Assembly (NCBI GenBank): GCA_963665095.1
Contig: OY762069.1
Location: forward strand, 1,312,001-1,376,000
Reading direction: 5' to 3'
Length of the DNA: 64,000 bases
Source: an uncultured Desulfobacter sp.
GTDB taxonomy: Bacteria > Desulfobacterota > Desulfobacteria > Desulfobacterales > Desulfobacteraceae
Shown: positions 26,772 to 37,780 of the stretch, piece by piece
Position numbering within the stretch: the first letter of the stretch is position 1
Layout: each line of letters opens with the position of its first letter
Program-made: the position numbers and the translations under genes
Notes under the pieces: generated by a model
Told to the model about the DNA's origin: nothing
Databases searched by the model: none
The model's input: the letters and a program-made list of their open reading frames with translations, nothing else

Positions 26772-27800
26772 ATGAAAAGCTATTTTAACCGCCCTGTGCT
26801 CGGCATCACCATGGGCGACCCGGCAGGCATCGGGCCTGAAATTATGATTGAGGCTCTGTCAGATCCTGAAACTACAAAAATGTGTATTCCAGTGGTTTTA
26901 GGAGATCTGAAGGTTCTTAAAAAGGCTGACAAAGGCAATAAAATTATATCAAAGTTAGTCCTGACAGACGATTTATCCTGCGATTTTTCAAAATTCTCCA
27001 GGGGTTGCCTGATTCCACTTTCATCTTTAGACACAAATGTTACCAGGTTGGGTACCCCGACACCGGAAACCGGCAGGGCCATGGAGACTTATATTAATAC
27101 CGGGGTGGACCTGGCAATAACAGGCGCCATTGATGCCATAGTCACATGCCCGATCACCAAAACAGGACTGAAACTGGCCGGCTCCGCCTTTCATGGCCAC
27201 ACAGAACTTATCGCACACCGGACAGGCACCACCAACTTTGCCATGATGATGGCAGGCAGCCGCCTTAAGGTTGTTTTGGCCACCATTCATATTCCTTTGT
27301 CTCAAGTGGCCACCCTGTTGTCGCAGCAGGAGATATTAAGAATCATCACGCTTACCCGTGACACTTTGACCGCAAGGTTTGGAATTTCACACCCCCGGCT
27401 GGCAGTGGCAGGCCTCAACCCCCATGCCGGAGAGCTGGGTTTGTTCGGCAACGAGGAAAATGACATTATTGTGCCCGCCATAGATGCGGCCAGACAGAAT
27501 GGCTGTGACATCACCGGACCTTTACCTCCGGACACCGTGTTTTTCAGTGCTGTAAACGGCCGGTTTGATGCAGTGGTCTGCATGTACCATGACCAGGGCC
27601 TTATTCCCTTTAAACTGATCCATTTCAGGGATGGCGTGAACACCACCATCGGCCTTCCCATCATCCGCACCTCAGTGGATCACGGCACGGCCTATGACAT
27701 TGCCTGGAAAGGAGTGGCAGATCCTACGAGCATGAAAGAGGCAATAAAAATGGCAGCCATGCAGGCAGTGAATCTTAAAAGGCATGCCCATGACGGTTGA
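26772..27800 (+). CDS. pdxA: 4-hydroxythreonine-4-phosphate dehydrogenase
   Basis: TMGDPAGIGPE, GHTE, GLNPHAGE, MYHDQGLIP, RTSVDHGTAYDIA. Confidence 0.95.
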   Translation: MKSYFNRPVLGITMGDPAGIGPEIMIEALSDPETTKMCIPVVLGDLKVLKKADKGNKIISKLVLTDDLSCDFSKFSRGCLIPLSSLDTNVTRLGTPTPETGRAMETYINTGVDLAITGAIDAIVTCPITKTGLKLAGSAFHGHTELIAHRTGTTNFAMMMAGSRLKVVLATIHIPLSQVATLLSQQEILRIITLTRDTLTARFGISHPRLAVAGLNPHAGELGLFGNEENDIIVPAIDAARQNGCDITGPLPPDTVFFSAVNGRFDAVVCMYHDQGLIPFKLIHFRDGVNTTIGLPIIRTSVDHGTAYDIAWKGVADPTSMKEAIKMAAMQAVNLKRHAHDG

Positions 27801-30615
27801 TCATATCATTATAAAAGGGGCAAGGACCCATAACTTAAAAAATATTGATGTCACCATCCCCAAAAACAGCCTTACCGTTGTCACAGGCCTGTCAGGATCC
27901 GGCAAATCCTCGCTTGCCTTTGACACCCTTTATGCCGAAGGCCAGAGACGCTATGTGGAGTCTTTGTCCACCTATGCCCGCCAGTTTTTAGGCCAGATGG
28001 ACAAGCCGGATGTGGATGCCATTATCGGGCTCTCCCCGGCCATTGCCATTGAACAGAAAACCGCGTCCCATAATCCGCGGTCCACTGTGGGAACGGTGAC
28101 AGAAATTTATGATTACCTGCGCCTGCTGTTTGCCCGTGTGGGCCGGCCACACTGCCATGTATGCGGCAAACCGGTTACCGGGGCTTCCATTGACCAGATT
28201 ATCCAGAATATTATATCCCCCCTGCCCCCAACTGCACAAAAAATTATGGTTTTGGCCCCTGTGGTCCGGGCTAAAAAAGGCAGCCATGGCCAATTAATCC
28301 ATCACCTTAAAAAAGAAGGGTTTGCCAGGCTTCGGGTTGACGGGCACATCTGTCTGATTGAAGAGGCCCCTCTTCTGGATAAAAAAAAGGCCCATACCAT
28401 TGAGGTGGTGGTGGACCGGCTTATGCTGAAAGCAGGCATTGAACAGCGGCTTTCAGATTCCGTGGAAACAGCCCTGTCCCTTTCTGAAGGCAAAGTGATC
28501 ATAGTCAATCTTGACCTGAAAACTGAAAACTTGTTCAGCGAAAAAGCCGCCTGTCTCACCTGCGGCATCTCATACCCGGAATTTACACCGGCCAGTTTTT
28601 CCTTTAATTCCCCCCATGGGGCCTGCCCCCATTGCGACGGCCTGGGCCATTTAACTGATTTTGATCCGGACCGTATTGTTCCGGACACACACATCTCCCT
28701 TCGTCAGGGAGCCGTACTGCCCTGGGCCGGCAAAGATTCAGTGCGGCAAATGGAATTTCTTGACGCACTGGTTACCCACTACAAACAGGACATCTACACG
28801 CCGTTCAAAGACCTGTCACCCCAGTTTCAAAAAGTGATCCTCCATGGGTCAGGCAGGGAAAAGATTCCTTTTTACGTGGAGCAGGCCGGCAAAAAGATTG
28901 TGTATGAAAAAATATTTGAGGGGGTTGTCGAGCAGCTGGCCCGCCGTTACCGTGATACAAAATCCCTGTCTGTGAAACAGGATCTTGAAAAATATATGGG
29001 GCACAGTATCTGCTCACACTGCAGCGGATCACGGCTGAACCCGGCATCATCCGCAGTCACAGTGGACGGCATGGGCATCCATGACATTGCCGCCATGTCT
29101 GTAAAGCAGGCCAGACACTTTATCAGGGGATTGAATTTCAGTGGCCAGGACAAAACCATATCCCAGGCCATTCTTTCAGAGTTGTCCCAACGACTCTCTT
29201 TTCTGGAAGATGTGGGCTTGGATTATCTGACCCTGAACCGCTCTGCAACCACCCTGTCCGGAGGAGAAAGTCAGCGGATAAGACTTGCCACCCAGATCGG
29301 TTCAAAACTGTCCGGGGTCCTCTATGTGCTGGATGAACCCAGCATCGGGTTGCATCAGCGGGACAATGCCCGGCTGATCAATACGTTGATGCACCTTAAA
29401 TCCTTAGGTAACACGGTGCTGGTGGTGGAGCACGATGAAAAGACCATGCTGGCCTCTGATTTTGTTATTGACGTGGGACCGGGTGCCGGTGTCAAAGGCG
29501 GGCAGGTGGTGTTTTCCGGCCCACCAGAGGACCTGCTTGACGCCTCCTGCCTGACAGGTCAGTATCTGTCCGGCAGGCAAACCATCCCGGTACCGGATCA
29601 GCGGCGGCAGGACAACGGCCAATATCTTGAAATTCAGGGGGCCTGTGCCAACAACCTGAAGGATATTGATGCGGCATTTCCCTTAGGGTGTCTCACCTGT
29701 GTGACAGGCGTGTCCGGGTCAGGAAAGTCAACCCTGGTTCTGTCAACTTTGTACCGGGCCCTTGCAGGCAGAATCAACCGCTCCCGAAAGCCTGTGGGAA
29801 AACATCATAGCATATCAGGCATGGAATATCTGGACAAGGTCATCCATATTGATCAGTCCCCCATCGGCAAGACCCCGAGATCCAACCCGGGCACCTACAC
29901 CGGGGTCCTGACCCATATTCGTGAGTTATTTGCCCAGACACCCGATGCCAGGGCCAAAGGATTTAAAGCCGGCCGCTTCAGCTTTAATATCAAAGGCGGC
30001 AGGTGTGAATCCTGTTCAGGAGACGGTATTGTCAAAATAGAGATGCACTTTCTCCCGGATGTCTATGTAACCTGCGATGTATGCAAGGGCAGGCAGTTCA
30101 ACCGGGAGACCCTTGATATCAAATACAGAGGGAAAAACATCGCTGAAGTACTGGATATGACCATCAACCAGGCTGTTGAATTTTTCAACAATATCTTAGC
30201 CATCCGACATACTCTGTCCACCCTGGTGGATACCGGTCTTGGGTATATAAAGCTTGGTCAGGCAGCCACAACCTTGTCCGGTGGTGAAGCCCAGCGCATC
30301 AAACTTGCCAGGGAACTGTCAAAAAGAAGTACGGGAAAAACCATCTATATTCTGGATGAACCCACCACAGGACTGCATTATGATGATATCAAAAAACTTC
30401 TGGCTGTCCTTGATAAACTGGTTGCGGCCGGAAATACTGTGGTGGTCATTGAACACCACATGGATGTCATCAAATGTGCGGACCATGTCATTGATCTTGG
30501 GCCTGAAGGCGGAGACCAGGGTGGCCGGATTATTGCCAACGGCACACCCGAACAGGTTGCCGCCACGCCCAAATCCCACACAGGATTTTACCTTAACAAG
30601 GTTCTTCAGATATGA
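27790..30615 (+). CDS. uvrA: Excinuclease ABC subunit A
   Basis: [23 protein letters not shown], two LSGGE signatures, Zn fingers. Confidence 0.98.
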   Translation: MTVDHIIIKGARTHNLKNIDVTIPKNSLTVVTGLSGSGKSSLAFDTLYAEGQRRYVESLSTYARQFLGQMDKPDVDAIIGLSPAIAIEQKTASHNPRSTVGTVTEIYDYLRLLFARVGRPHCHVCGKPVTGASIDQIIQNIISPLPPTAQKIMVLAPVVRAKKGSHGQLIHHLKKEGFARLRVDGHICLIEEAPLLDKKKAHTIEVVVDRLMLKAGIEQRLSDSVETALSLSEGKVIIVNLDLKTENLFSEKAACLTCGISYPEFTPASFSFNSPHGACPHCDGLGHLTDFDPDRIVPDTHISLRQGAVLPWAGKDSVRQMEFLDALVTHYKQDIYTPFKDLSPQFQKVILHGSGREKIPFYVEQAGKKIVYEKIFEGVVEQLARRYRDTKSLSVKQDLEKYMGHSICSHCSGSRLNPASSAVTVDGMGIHDIAAMSVKQARHFIRGLNFSGQDKTISQAILSELSQRLSFLEDVGLDYLTLNRSATTLSGGESQRIRLATQIGSKLSGVLYVLDEPSIGLHQRDNARLINTLMHLKSLGNTVLVVEHDEKTMLASDFVIDVGPGAGVKGGQVVFSGPPEDLLDASCLTGQYLSGRQTIPVPDQRRQDNGQYLEIQGACANNLKDIDAAFPLGCLTCVTGVSGSGKSTLVLSTLYRALAGRINRSRKPVGKHHSISGMEYLDKVIHIDQSPIGKTPRSNPGTYTGVLTHIRELFAQTPDARAKGFKAGRFSFNIKGGRCESCSGDGIVKIEMHFLPDVYVTCDVCKGRQFNRETLDIKYRGKNIAEVLDMTINQAVEFFNNILAIRHTLSTLVDTGLGYIKLGQAATTLSGGEAQRIKLARELSKRSTGKTIYILDEPTTGLHYDDIKKLLAVLDKLVAAGNTVVVIEHHMDVIKCADHVIDLGPEGGDQGGRIIANGTPEQVAATPKSHTGFYLNKVLQI

Positions 30616-30756
30616 CGGTTGCCCCCTCCTGGGTGATTCCTAATGAATATGCCTGAGCATGTCACCCGGGCAAAGAGTTGCTTGCGAAAAACAGCCCGTT
30701 ATTATACTCATGGTGCATTACAATTTTACCAACAATTATAAAATCGGCCAACAAGT

Positions 30757-31101
30757 ATGGATACCTGCTCACAAAAATGCATCAACCCGGAAGAGGTGAA
30801 AAAGACCCTGAAAACAATGCCGGCACCTGAAACCATCACAGGCCTTTCCGAAATTTTCAAGGCCCTGGGGGATGCATCCCGGATCAAAATTGTCACAGCC
30901 CTGCTGGACAGGGAGCATTGTGTATGTGATCTTTCCGTGCTTTGCGGCCAGAGCGAATCTGCCGTATCCCATCAGCTCAGGGTGTTGCGGACCCTGCGCA
31001 TCGTTAAAAACCGGCGCCAGGGTAAAATTGTCTACTATTCCCTGGATGACGACCATGTCCGGTCACTGCTTCAGATGAGCATTGAGCATATCACCCACTG
31101 A
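30757..31101 (+). CDS. ArsR/SmtB metalloregulator
   Basis: FKALGDASRIKI, CVCD, SAVSHQLRVLR, alpha5-type DDH...HITH. Confidence 0.93.
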   Translation: MDTCSQKCINPEEVKKTLKTMPAPETITGLSEIFKALGDASRIKIVTALLDREHCVCDLSVLCGQSESAVSHQLRVLRTLRIVKNRRQGKIVYYSLDDDHVRSLLQMSIEHITH

Positions 31102-31183
31102 CATTAAAATATTTTAAAACCGCTCCCCCCTAAAACGCTGTCCCTGTCGCAATGATTTTACGACAGACCCTGATTTTTTTTCA

Positions 31184-31235
31184 TTGACAGATTTTTCACT
31201 TGCATATATGAACAACAACTCATATGTTCATATAT
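31184..31235 (+). promoter_or_regulatory. Promoter with overlapping SmtB/CadC-type operator
   Basis: TTGACA at 31184; ATATGA-N8-TCATAT and ATATATGAACA/TGTTCATATAT inverted repeats over the -10 region. Confidence 0.75.
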
Positions 31236-31281
31236 TAACGACGTACAAATTTTAGGCAATGAATAAACACTGGAAAAAATA

Positions 31282-32433
31282 ATGATAACCACAATAAAAA
31301 ACATCATTTTTGAAATCTGGCATGTTTACCTGGATGTATCGGTATTCATGCTCTTCGGCTTTCTTATGGCAGCACTTCTCTACGTATTTTTCAAGGCAGA
31401 CCGGATTAAAAAATACTTAGGTAAAGGCCGGGTGAAACCTGTCCTGCGTGCGGCGTTGTTCGGAATTCCCATCCCTTTGTGCAGTTGCGGGGTGATTCCT
31501 GTGGTCACAGGATTAAAAAAACAGGGGGCCAATGACGGGGCAGCCCTGGCATTCATGATCGCCACCCCGGAATCCGGCGTGGACTCCATTGCCGTTTCCT
31601 GGGCCATGCTGGATCCGGTGATGACTGTCATGCGGCCTGTTGCCGGATTGATTACCGCCATATCCACCGGAATTACCGCAAACCTGTTCAGCAGCAGGGA
31701 ACAAAAAAAGGCCCTTGCACCGGACCCGTTTTTTGCAACCGTCCCGGAACAGGGACACGCCTGCGGATGCAGTTCCGGTGCCTGCGAAACCCAAATGGGC
31801 AAAGCCGGAGTTGAGTCCCCCCTTTTCACACGCCTGGCACAGGGGTTGAATTTTGCCTTTGGCGACCTGCTCACCGATATTGCCAAACCTTTTACCATCG
31901 GGGTAGTGATTGCCGGGTTCATTACATTCTTTTTTCCTTCCGGCATCAGCGCATGGTCCCAGAGTAATCCAATTCTTGCCATGCTGGTCATGCTGGTGGC
32001 CGGCATCCCCATGTATGTGTGTGCAACCGCCTCCACCCCCATTGCCGCCGCCCTGATCATAAAAGGTCTCAATCCGGGCGCAGCCCTGGTATTTCTGCTG
32101 GCAGGCCCTGCCACCAATGCCGCCACCATGGGGGTCGTCAAGAAGGTCTTCGGTACCCGGGCACTTGCCATCTATCTTGGCATGATATCCATCTGTTCCC
32201 TGGCTTTGGGCACGCTTCTGGACTGGCTCTACACAGTTTTGGACATTCAGCCCTCTGTGGTCATGGGCAAGGCTTCTGAGGTGCTGCCCTATGGGATTGA
32301 ACTGGCAGCGGCCCTGATCCTGGCAGCGCTCCTTGCAAGAAGCGTGTTTAAACGCCAGGAGTGCCACTGCCACGACCATTCGGACAGTTGTTGTCACGAT
32401 CACCCCCCTAAGGAACCCATGGCACAAATATAG
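31282..32433 (+). CDS. Heavy-metal permease (DUF318/ArsP-like)
   Basis: PLCSCGVIP, PMYVCATASTP, GPATN; His/Cys-rich loop and C-tail. Confidence 0.88.
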   Translation: MITTIKNIIFEIWHVYLDVSVFMLFGFLMAALLYVFFKADRIKKYLGKGRVKPVLRAALFGIPIPLCSCGVIPVVTGLKKQGANDGAALAFMIATPESGVDSIAVSWAMLDPVMTVMRPVAGLITAISTGITANLFSSREQKKALAPDPFFATVPEQGHACGCSSGACETQMGKAGVESPLFTRLAQGLNFAFGDLLTDIAKPFTIGVVIAGFITFFFPSGISAWSQSNPILAMLVMLVAGIPMYVCATASTPIAAALIIKGLNPGAALVFLLAGPATNAATMGVVKKVFGTRALAIYLGMISICSLALGTLLDWLYTVLDIQPSVVMGKASEVLPYGIELAAALILAALLARSVFKRQECHCHDHSDSCCHDHPPKEPMAQI

Positions 32434-32838
32434 ATTTGTTTTCTATTATTATATTTTTACAGAGGACTTTTACCATATCCGGCCGGAGCGGAAATCCGGG
32501 CAAGGGCCTGGGCGTATCCACAAAACTTTGACCATGTATCAGGCACTGGGATAATAATTTTATAAGAAGCAGATCCTGAATCGATTGACATACCACAACA
32601 GCAGAAAAATTTCGGGAAGCCATGTAAACAATAATACCGGCATGTAGCTTTCGGCAACAAGTTCCCAAATGGCCTGTCCACGGCCTGCACAGGCATGTGT
32701 TTTTAAAAATCACCGGCGGGCATGTAGCATTAAGCTACGATTCCCCGAAGGGCCCCCATCTTTGCTTTTTATATCTATAAATATATAATATATTGATTTT
32801 AAAGCTAAAATCAAAATAACCAACCCTTTTCTTTCCTC

Positions 32839-32854
32839 TGGTATCTGGATTGCA
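32839..32854 (+). promoter_or_regulatory. sigma54 -24/-12 promoter
   Basis: TGGTAT-CTGGA-TTGCA, GG-N10-GC spacing, ~50 nt before the GcvH-like ATG. Confidence 0.75.
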
Positions 32855-32903
32855 ATATCACGGAAGTAACTTTTTTGGCTCCCGAAAGGGGAAGGAGGGC
32901 AAT

Positions 32904-33827
32904 ATGACATCCAAAAATCATAAAAACAGGATCAAGGGGTTCCAGGTGGTTGAGGACGAATGTATCTGGATGAAAGCGGGGATTGTTAACTTTAAAATGT
33001 GCGACAATGTATATGACTGCCGCACCTGTCCCTTTGATAAAGCCATGCAGAAGGCTGTCAAGGCGGGCCGTTATACCGGGGTTGCAGGGGATGGTTCCGG
33101 ATGGGCCCAAAACCTGAATGCCATGTACACCTGGACGGAGAATCCCTGCCGGCATGTGCTCACCGGCCGTATCAAATCCCCTAAAACCTGTGTCATGAAC
33201 TATGAGTGTTACCATTGTGAATTTGACCAGCAACTGGATGAGGAAGAGATAACCATGACCGGCCTCAAGCCGCCATGCTTAAAGGCATCCGGCTATCAAC
33301 TGGCTGACGGCTACTACTATCACATGGGCCATACCTGGGCCCGGTTTGAACACGGAGGCCGGGTCAGGATCGGGTTTGATGATTTCCTGGTCAAGCTGTT
33401 CGGTACCTTTTCTGAAATTGTATTCCCTCCTTTAGGGGCTGTTCTGAAAAAAGACCAGGCCGGGCTGATGTTTTACCGAGATGACAGGAAAGCTGCGGCC
33501 TTTTCACCCATTACCGGATCGGTACTGGCCGTTAACAACAAAGCCCTGGAGAACCCTGAGATTGTTCACGAAGATCCCTACCATGAAGGCTGGCTGTGCA
33601 TCATTGAACCGGACCGGCCAAAGCGGAATATCAAAGGACTTTTTTACGGAAAAGAGAGCCTTGAGTGGACAGATCGTGAAAGCCAGACACTGCTGCGCCT
33701 GATTGAGCCGGAATACCAGGAACTGGCCGCCACAGGCGGTGAGCCCGTGGACGATATTTACGGCAGGTTTCCCCAGATCGGGTGGGAATCCCTAGCCCAG
33801 ACATTTTTACGGATAGAAAAACGATAG
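32904..33827 (+). CDS. GcvH-like protein with two N-terminal Cys4 repeats
   Basis: YYHMGHTWA, VRIGFDDF, SPITGSVLAVN, EDPYHEGW; CIWM...C..C..C and CRH...C..C..C; RBS AAGGAGG. Confidence 0.85.
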   Translation: MTSKNHKNRIKGFQVVEDECIWMKAGIVNFKMCDNVYDCRTCPFDKAMQKAVKAGRYTGVAGDGSGWAQNLNAMYTWTENPCRHVLTGRIKSPKTCVMNYECYHCEFDQQLDEEEITMTGLKPPCLKASGYQLADGYYYHMGHTWARFEHGGRVRIGFDDFLVKLFGTFSEIVFPPLGAVLKKDQAGLMFYRDDRKAAAFSPITGSVLAVNNKALENPEIVHEDPYHEGWLCIIEPDRPKRNIKGLFYGKESLEWTDRESQTLLRLIEPEYQELAATGGEPVDDIYGRFPQIGWESLAQTFLRIEKR

Positions 33828-33840
33828 AAGGGCAAATCCG

Positions 33841-34368
33841 TCACGGTATCAGCCGTCGTTCGCAGCCCCGGCACAGGTAAAAAGGAATGTTGTCCAGATC
33901 ATCCACCCCGCCTGTAAAATGCATCACACATCTGCCCTCATTGCAATGGAACAGGTTGAACAGATGCCCTAGTTCATGAAGCGCGACCTTGGCAGCCCGT
34001 TCGTAAAACATGGACGACTCAGGTATTGAGCCGTCCGGGTTCCTGCCCAGCCGGAACAGCGAGACCAGGGCAAACCGCCCCCCCTGGACCGCCTGGCCGT
34101 AAACATAGTTGAAAATGGGGATAAACATATCCGCGGACATCACAGCCACTATTTTTGGATAATCCTCCAGTGGCAGTGTATCCATCCGGTTGATGATGAT
34201 GCCGGCATCATATTGGTGCCGGGTTTCATTAAAGGCGGCACCGGGCACGGGATGTCCGGGCAGGATATCTACTGTCCGCCGGTAATAGGCCGTAATATTG
34301 GCGGCAATCACCTTGACGGCCAGGGCCGGGACATCTCCTAAAGGCACCACACCGATCTGTTGTTTCAT
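33841..34368 (-). CDS. Archaemetzincin (M54) Zn metalloprotease
   Basis: HELGHLFNLFHC, CVM Met-turn, C-terminal CRGC. Confidence 0.9.
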   Translation of the reverse strand: MKQQIGVVPLGDVPALAVKVIAANITAYYRRTVDILPGHPVPGAAFNETRHQYDAGIIINRMDTLPLEDYPKIVAVMSADMFIPIFNYVYGQAVQGGRFALVSLFRLGRNPDGSIPESSMFYERAAKVALHELGHLFNLFHCNEGRCVMHFTGGVDDLDNIPFYLCRGCERRLIP

Positions 34369-35723
34369 GTGCTGCGTTTTTTCAAGTTATCCCGTTTAAT
34401 GATTTTATGAAGCGTGACCCGGTTGATGCCCAGAATTTCCGCAGACCGGGTAATCTGCCACGCCTGTTCATCAAGTATCTTCCGGATATGCGCTGTCTGC
34501 ACCTCTTTCAAAGTCCTTGCCGTGACCGATGAACCGCCTTCCCCTGACGATGCCACAAGATATGAAAAATCCCCGGCCGAAAGGGTACGGGAGCGACTGA
34601 GCACCACAGCGCGTTCAATGGCATTTTCCAGCTCCCTGACATTGCCGGGCCAGTCATGGGATTTGAGCAGGGCAAGGGCATCCGGCCTGATCCGGTCCAC
34701 ATGCTTGGTGGTTTCATGGCTGTACTTTTCCATGAAATGGGCCGCTAAAATGGGGATATCGTCCTTCCGGTCCCGCAGGGGGGCCAGGTGTATCCGGATC
34801 ACATTGATACGGTAGTAAAAATCCTGCCTGAAGACCCCTTCCCGGATGCGGTCCTCAAGGTTCTGCCGGGTGGCGGAAATCAGGCGGAAATTCACATCCA
34901 CGGGCGTGTTGCTGCCCACACTGAAAATCTTTTTATCCTCAAGTGTCCTGAGCAGGTCCACCTGCATCTTTGCGCTGGTATCGCCGATTTCATCCAGAAA
35001 CAGGGTGCCGCCGGATACCACCTCCAGAAATCCTTTTCTGGCATGGGCCGCCCCGGTGAACGCCCCCTTTTTATGCCCGAACAGCTCACTTTCCATCAGG
35101 GTGTCTGGCAGGGCCCCGCAATTGATGGCAATAAACGGCAGCGGGGCCCGCGGGCTCTTGGCGTGGATGGCCTTTGCCACCAGCTCCTTTCCCGTACCGG
35201 TCTCCCCTGTGATCAAAACCGAGGAGTCACTGATCGCCACTTCCGGGATCAGGGAGTAGAGCGCCTTCATGGGTGCGGACTGGCCAATGATGTTGTCAAA
35301 CCGGGAGATCTGCTCCAGGTGCCCTTTGAGATACTGGTAGTCTGACGTGATCTTCTGCTGGTGAAGGATTCGCTCCATGACCAGGGAGAGCTGCTCCGGC
35401 TTAAAGGGTTTGAGCAGGTAATCACTTGCCCCGGTGCGCATGGCTTTGACAGCGTTTTCAATGCAGCCGTAAGCGGTAATGATCACCACCATGGTGTCGG
35501 GATAGTCCTGCTTAACCCTTTCCAGCAGCTCCAGGCCATCCATGCCAGGCATTTTTACATCCACGAACAACAATTGAAACGGCCTTTGTTCAAGCTTTTC
35601 CAATGCCTGAAGGCCAGATGCGGCCGTATCCACGTCATGGCCGTATTTTTCAAACCAGTTGAGCAAAGATTCCCGGACGATCAACTCATCATCCACGATC
35701 ATAAGCCTCATTTTACTGTCCAT
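34365..35723 (-). CDS. sigma54-dependent response regulator (NtrC family)
   Basis: REC DVKMPGMDG, GETGTGKE, GAFTGA, WPGNVRELEN, Fis-type HTH. Confidence 0.96.
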   Translation of the reverse strand: MDSKMRLMIVDDELIVRESLLNWFEKYGHDVDTAASGLQALEKLEQRPFQLLFVDVKMPGMDGLELLERVKQDYPDTMVVIITAYGCIENAVKAMRTGASDYLLKPFKPEQLSLVMERILHQQKITSDYQYLKGHLEQISRFDNIIGQSAPMKALYSLIPEVAISDSSVLITGETGTGKELVAKAIHAKSPRAPLPFIAINCGALPDTLMESELFGHKKGAFTGAAHARKGFLEVVSGGTLFLDEIGDTSAKMQVDLLRTLEDKKIFSVGSNTPVDVNFRLISATRQNLEDRIREGVFRQDFYYRINVIRIHLAPLRDRKDDIPILAAHFMEKYSHETTKHVDRIRPDALALLKSHDWPGNVRELENAIERAVVLSRSRTLSAGDFSYLVASSGEGGSSVTARTLKEVQTAHIRKILDEQAWQITRSAEILGINRVTLHKIIKRDNLKKRST

Positions 35724-37299
35724 CCTGCGCCTCCGTTGGGGATTGATCCTGGGCCGGGGAAGAGATCACAGGAAAGTTCACGGTAAATACCGCGCCTTCA
35801 TTCTCCCGGCTGTCAATCCTTATTTCGCCCTTATGGTTCTTGACCACCCCATATACAATGGACAGTCCAAGCCCCGTGCCTTTTCCAGGCTCCTTGGTGG
35901 TAAAGAAGGGATCAAACAGCTTATCCCGCACCTGTTCGGCAATACCGTACCCTGTGTCCCGGATTTCAACACAGGTATGGCCCGATGCTTTATCCACCCG
36001 GGATGTCACCACAAGTTCCCCGCCCTGGGGCATGGCTTCAATGGCATTGAAAACCAGGTTTAAAAAACATTGCTGAAGCTGATTGATATCACCTTCAAGG
36101 AGCACAGGTCCCGGATAGAGTTCAGTGGTAAGCCCGATATTTCCAAGCTCCAGCTTGTGACGGGTCAGGGAGAGAACGGAATGTAAAACCTCATTTAAAT
36201 CCACCTGTTTGTAGGCCACACCTGATTCCCGGGCAAAGGAGAGAAGCCCTGAAACAATATTGCCGCAGCGCTCCAGTTCCGTTGACATAAGCGACAGATG
36301 GCTCTCAAATTTCTTAAGCTGGTCATCCCCGGGCCGTCCGGCACTTAAAATCTCCAGCATATAATCGCAGAATGTCAGAAGCCCCTGGATGGGGTTGTTG
36401 ATTTCATGGGCACAGCTTGCAGCCAGCTTGCCCAAAGAGATCATCCGGTCCTCCTGCACCATCTTCTGGATATTGGATTTCAGTTTTTTCTCCCGTTTGT
36501 GCCACCGGTCTGAGATCGCGGCGGTAATATCCCGCCACAACTCAATCACCCTGACCACATCGCCATTTTCATTCCTCACCGGATAGGTGGACAGGTTGCA
36601 GAATACCCGCTGGCCGTCAGAGCCGGGATGGTCATGGATCACATGGACGTTTTTTCCGGTACGCAGGGTCTCCAGCATGGGGCATTTCACCTCGGGAAAC
36701 GCGCTGGAACACGGCATGTTGATCCCGTGGGAAATTTCATAGCAATGGGCCCCGACCACCTTTTCCTTGGGCTTTTTCACGGTGTTGAGATAGGCGTCAT
36801 TGGCATCGGTGATAATAAAATCCGTATTAATAATCACAATGGCGGCCGTACTCTGCTGGATCAGAAGATTGGAGAATGCCTTTTCCGCAATAAGCCGCTG
36901 CTCAGTGGATTCCAGACGCCGGCTGGTATCCAGAAGGTTGCGAAGAATCCGGCTGATATTGTACTCAAGGACCCCTACCCCCTTGGGTTTCAACCGGATA
37001 ATTTCAAGCAGGACCTTGCGCCGGCCTGTCAGCTCCAGGACACTGTCAAGGTGCTCAATTTTTAGCAGGTCATGAAGACTGTCCGTGGTGCATATCCCCA
37101 TCTCCCGGGCCAGAAGGACACCTTCAGCCTGCGCGTTTTTATCGCATACACCTAGAATCTTGATATTGAAAAAAGGAAAGGGATCGTTGCGGACCATCTC
37201 AAGAAACACCCGGCAGGTCCTGCCGCCGCCCACAATGGCGATGTTCACCGGAATTGTCTTATTCACATAGTCTTTCAGGGCATTGTTGTTCGTCTCCAT
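35713..37299 (-). CDS. Cytoplasmic histidine kinase: Rossmann-like domain + PAS + HisKA/HATPase
   Basis: IAIVGGG N-terminus, HEINNP, NLVFNAIEA, DTGYGI, GTGLGLS; no TM helix; RBS GGAGG before 37299. Confidence 0.92.
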   Translation of the reverse strand: METNNNALKDYVNKTIPVNIAIVGGGRTCRVFLEMVRNDPFPFFNIKILGVCDKNAQAEGVLLAREMGICTTDSLHDLLKIEHLDSVLELTGRRKVLLEIIRLKPKGVGVLEYNISRILRNLLDTSRRLESTEQRLIAEKAFSNLLIQQSTAAIVIINTDFIITDANDAYLNTVKKPKEKVVGAHCYEISHGINMPCSSAFPEVKCPMLETLRTGKNVHVIHDHPGSDGQRVFCNLSTYPVRNENGDVVRVIELWRDITAAISDRWHKREKKLKSNIQKMVQEDRMISLGKLAASCAHEINNPIQGLLTFCDYMLEILSAGRPGDDQLKKFESHLSLMSTELERCGNIVSGLLSFARESGVAYKQVDLNEVLHSVLSLTRHKLELGNIGLTTELYPGPVLLEGDINQLQQCFLNLVFNAIEAMPQGGELVVTSRVDKASGHTCVEIRDTGYGIAEQVRDKLFDPFFTTKEPGKGTGLGLSIVYGVVKNHKGEIRIDSRENEGAVFTVNFPVISSPAQDQSPTEAQDGQ

Positions 37300-37780
37300 C
37301 CGGCAATCCTCCAGCTTGAATGACATTGCCTGGTTATTGCATACACCCGGCCTGTATTTCACTTAACTTTTGTACCACAGAGCAGAAAGTGTATCAGAAA
37401 ACAGGTTTTGAATTCTGCCTTGGCAGTTAAACTTGAGGAAGAGCATGTGATGGCCGTTATCAGCTAAAAACAGCCTATCACTAAAGGACTTAAGAGTAAA
37501 GAACGGTTTCCTGTCAGAAACAGTCTGATTCACAGAATACCGGGCGCTGATTTGAGGTCAGGCGGCCTAGGACAGGTCGCCATAGAAAAATTATATATCT
37601 ATCTGTTGATACATCACGAATAACAATTGGATTTTCGCTTTCCCCCATGACATGTAGGCCCATAATTCCAGTAAAAACGGGGGTGAGCATTTCCCTGTGC
37701 GTCCTCAGACTGAAGGCAGCCTTGGGCGGTTTTTTTTGTTACGATTATTGACTTCTAATTTTTCTTAAAAAGGAGTGAAC

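Noticed and set aside
31380..32427. Long antisense ORFs (263 and 304 aa) and similar shadow ORFs across the window
   Set aside because: Lie opposite well-supported genes and lack motifs; codon-bias artefacts
37410..37570. Possible IS-end remnant (TTGGCAGTTAAAC; similar 12-mer near 44066)
   Set aside because: No transposase-like frame or partner inverted repeat; match too short
37640..37745. Riboswitch/attenuator before the amino-acid ABC operon
   Set aside because: T tract present but stem is weak and no known aptamer consensus recognised
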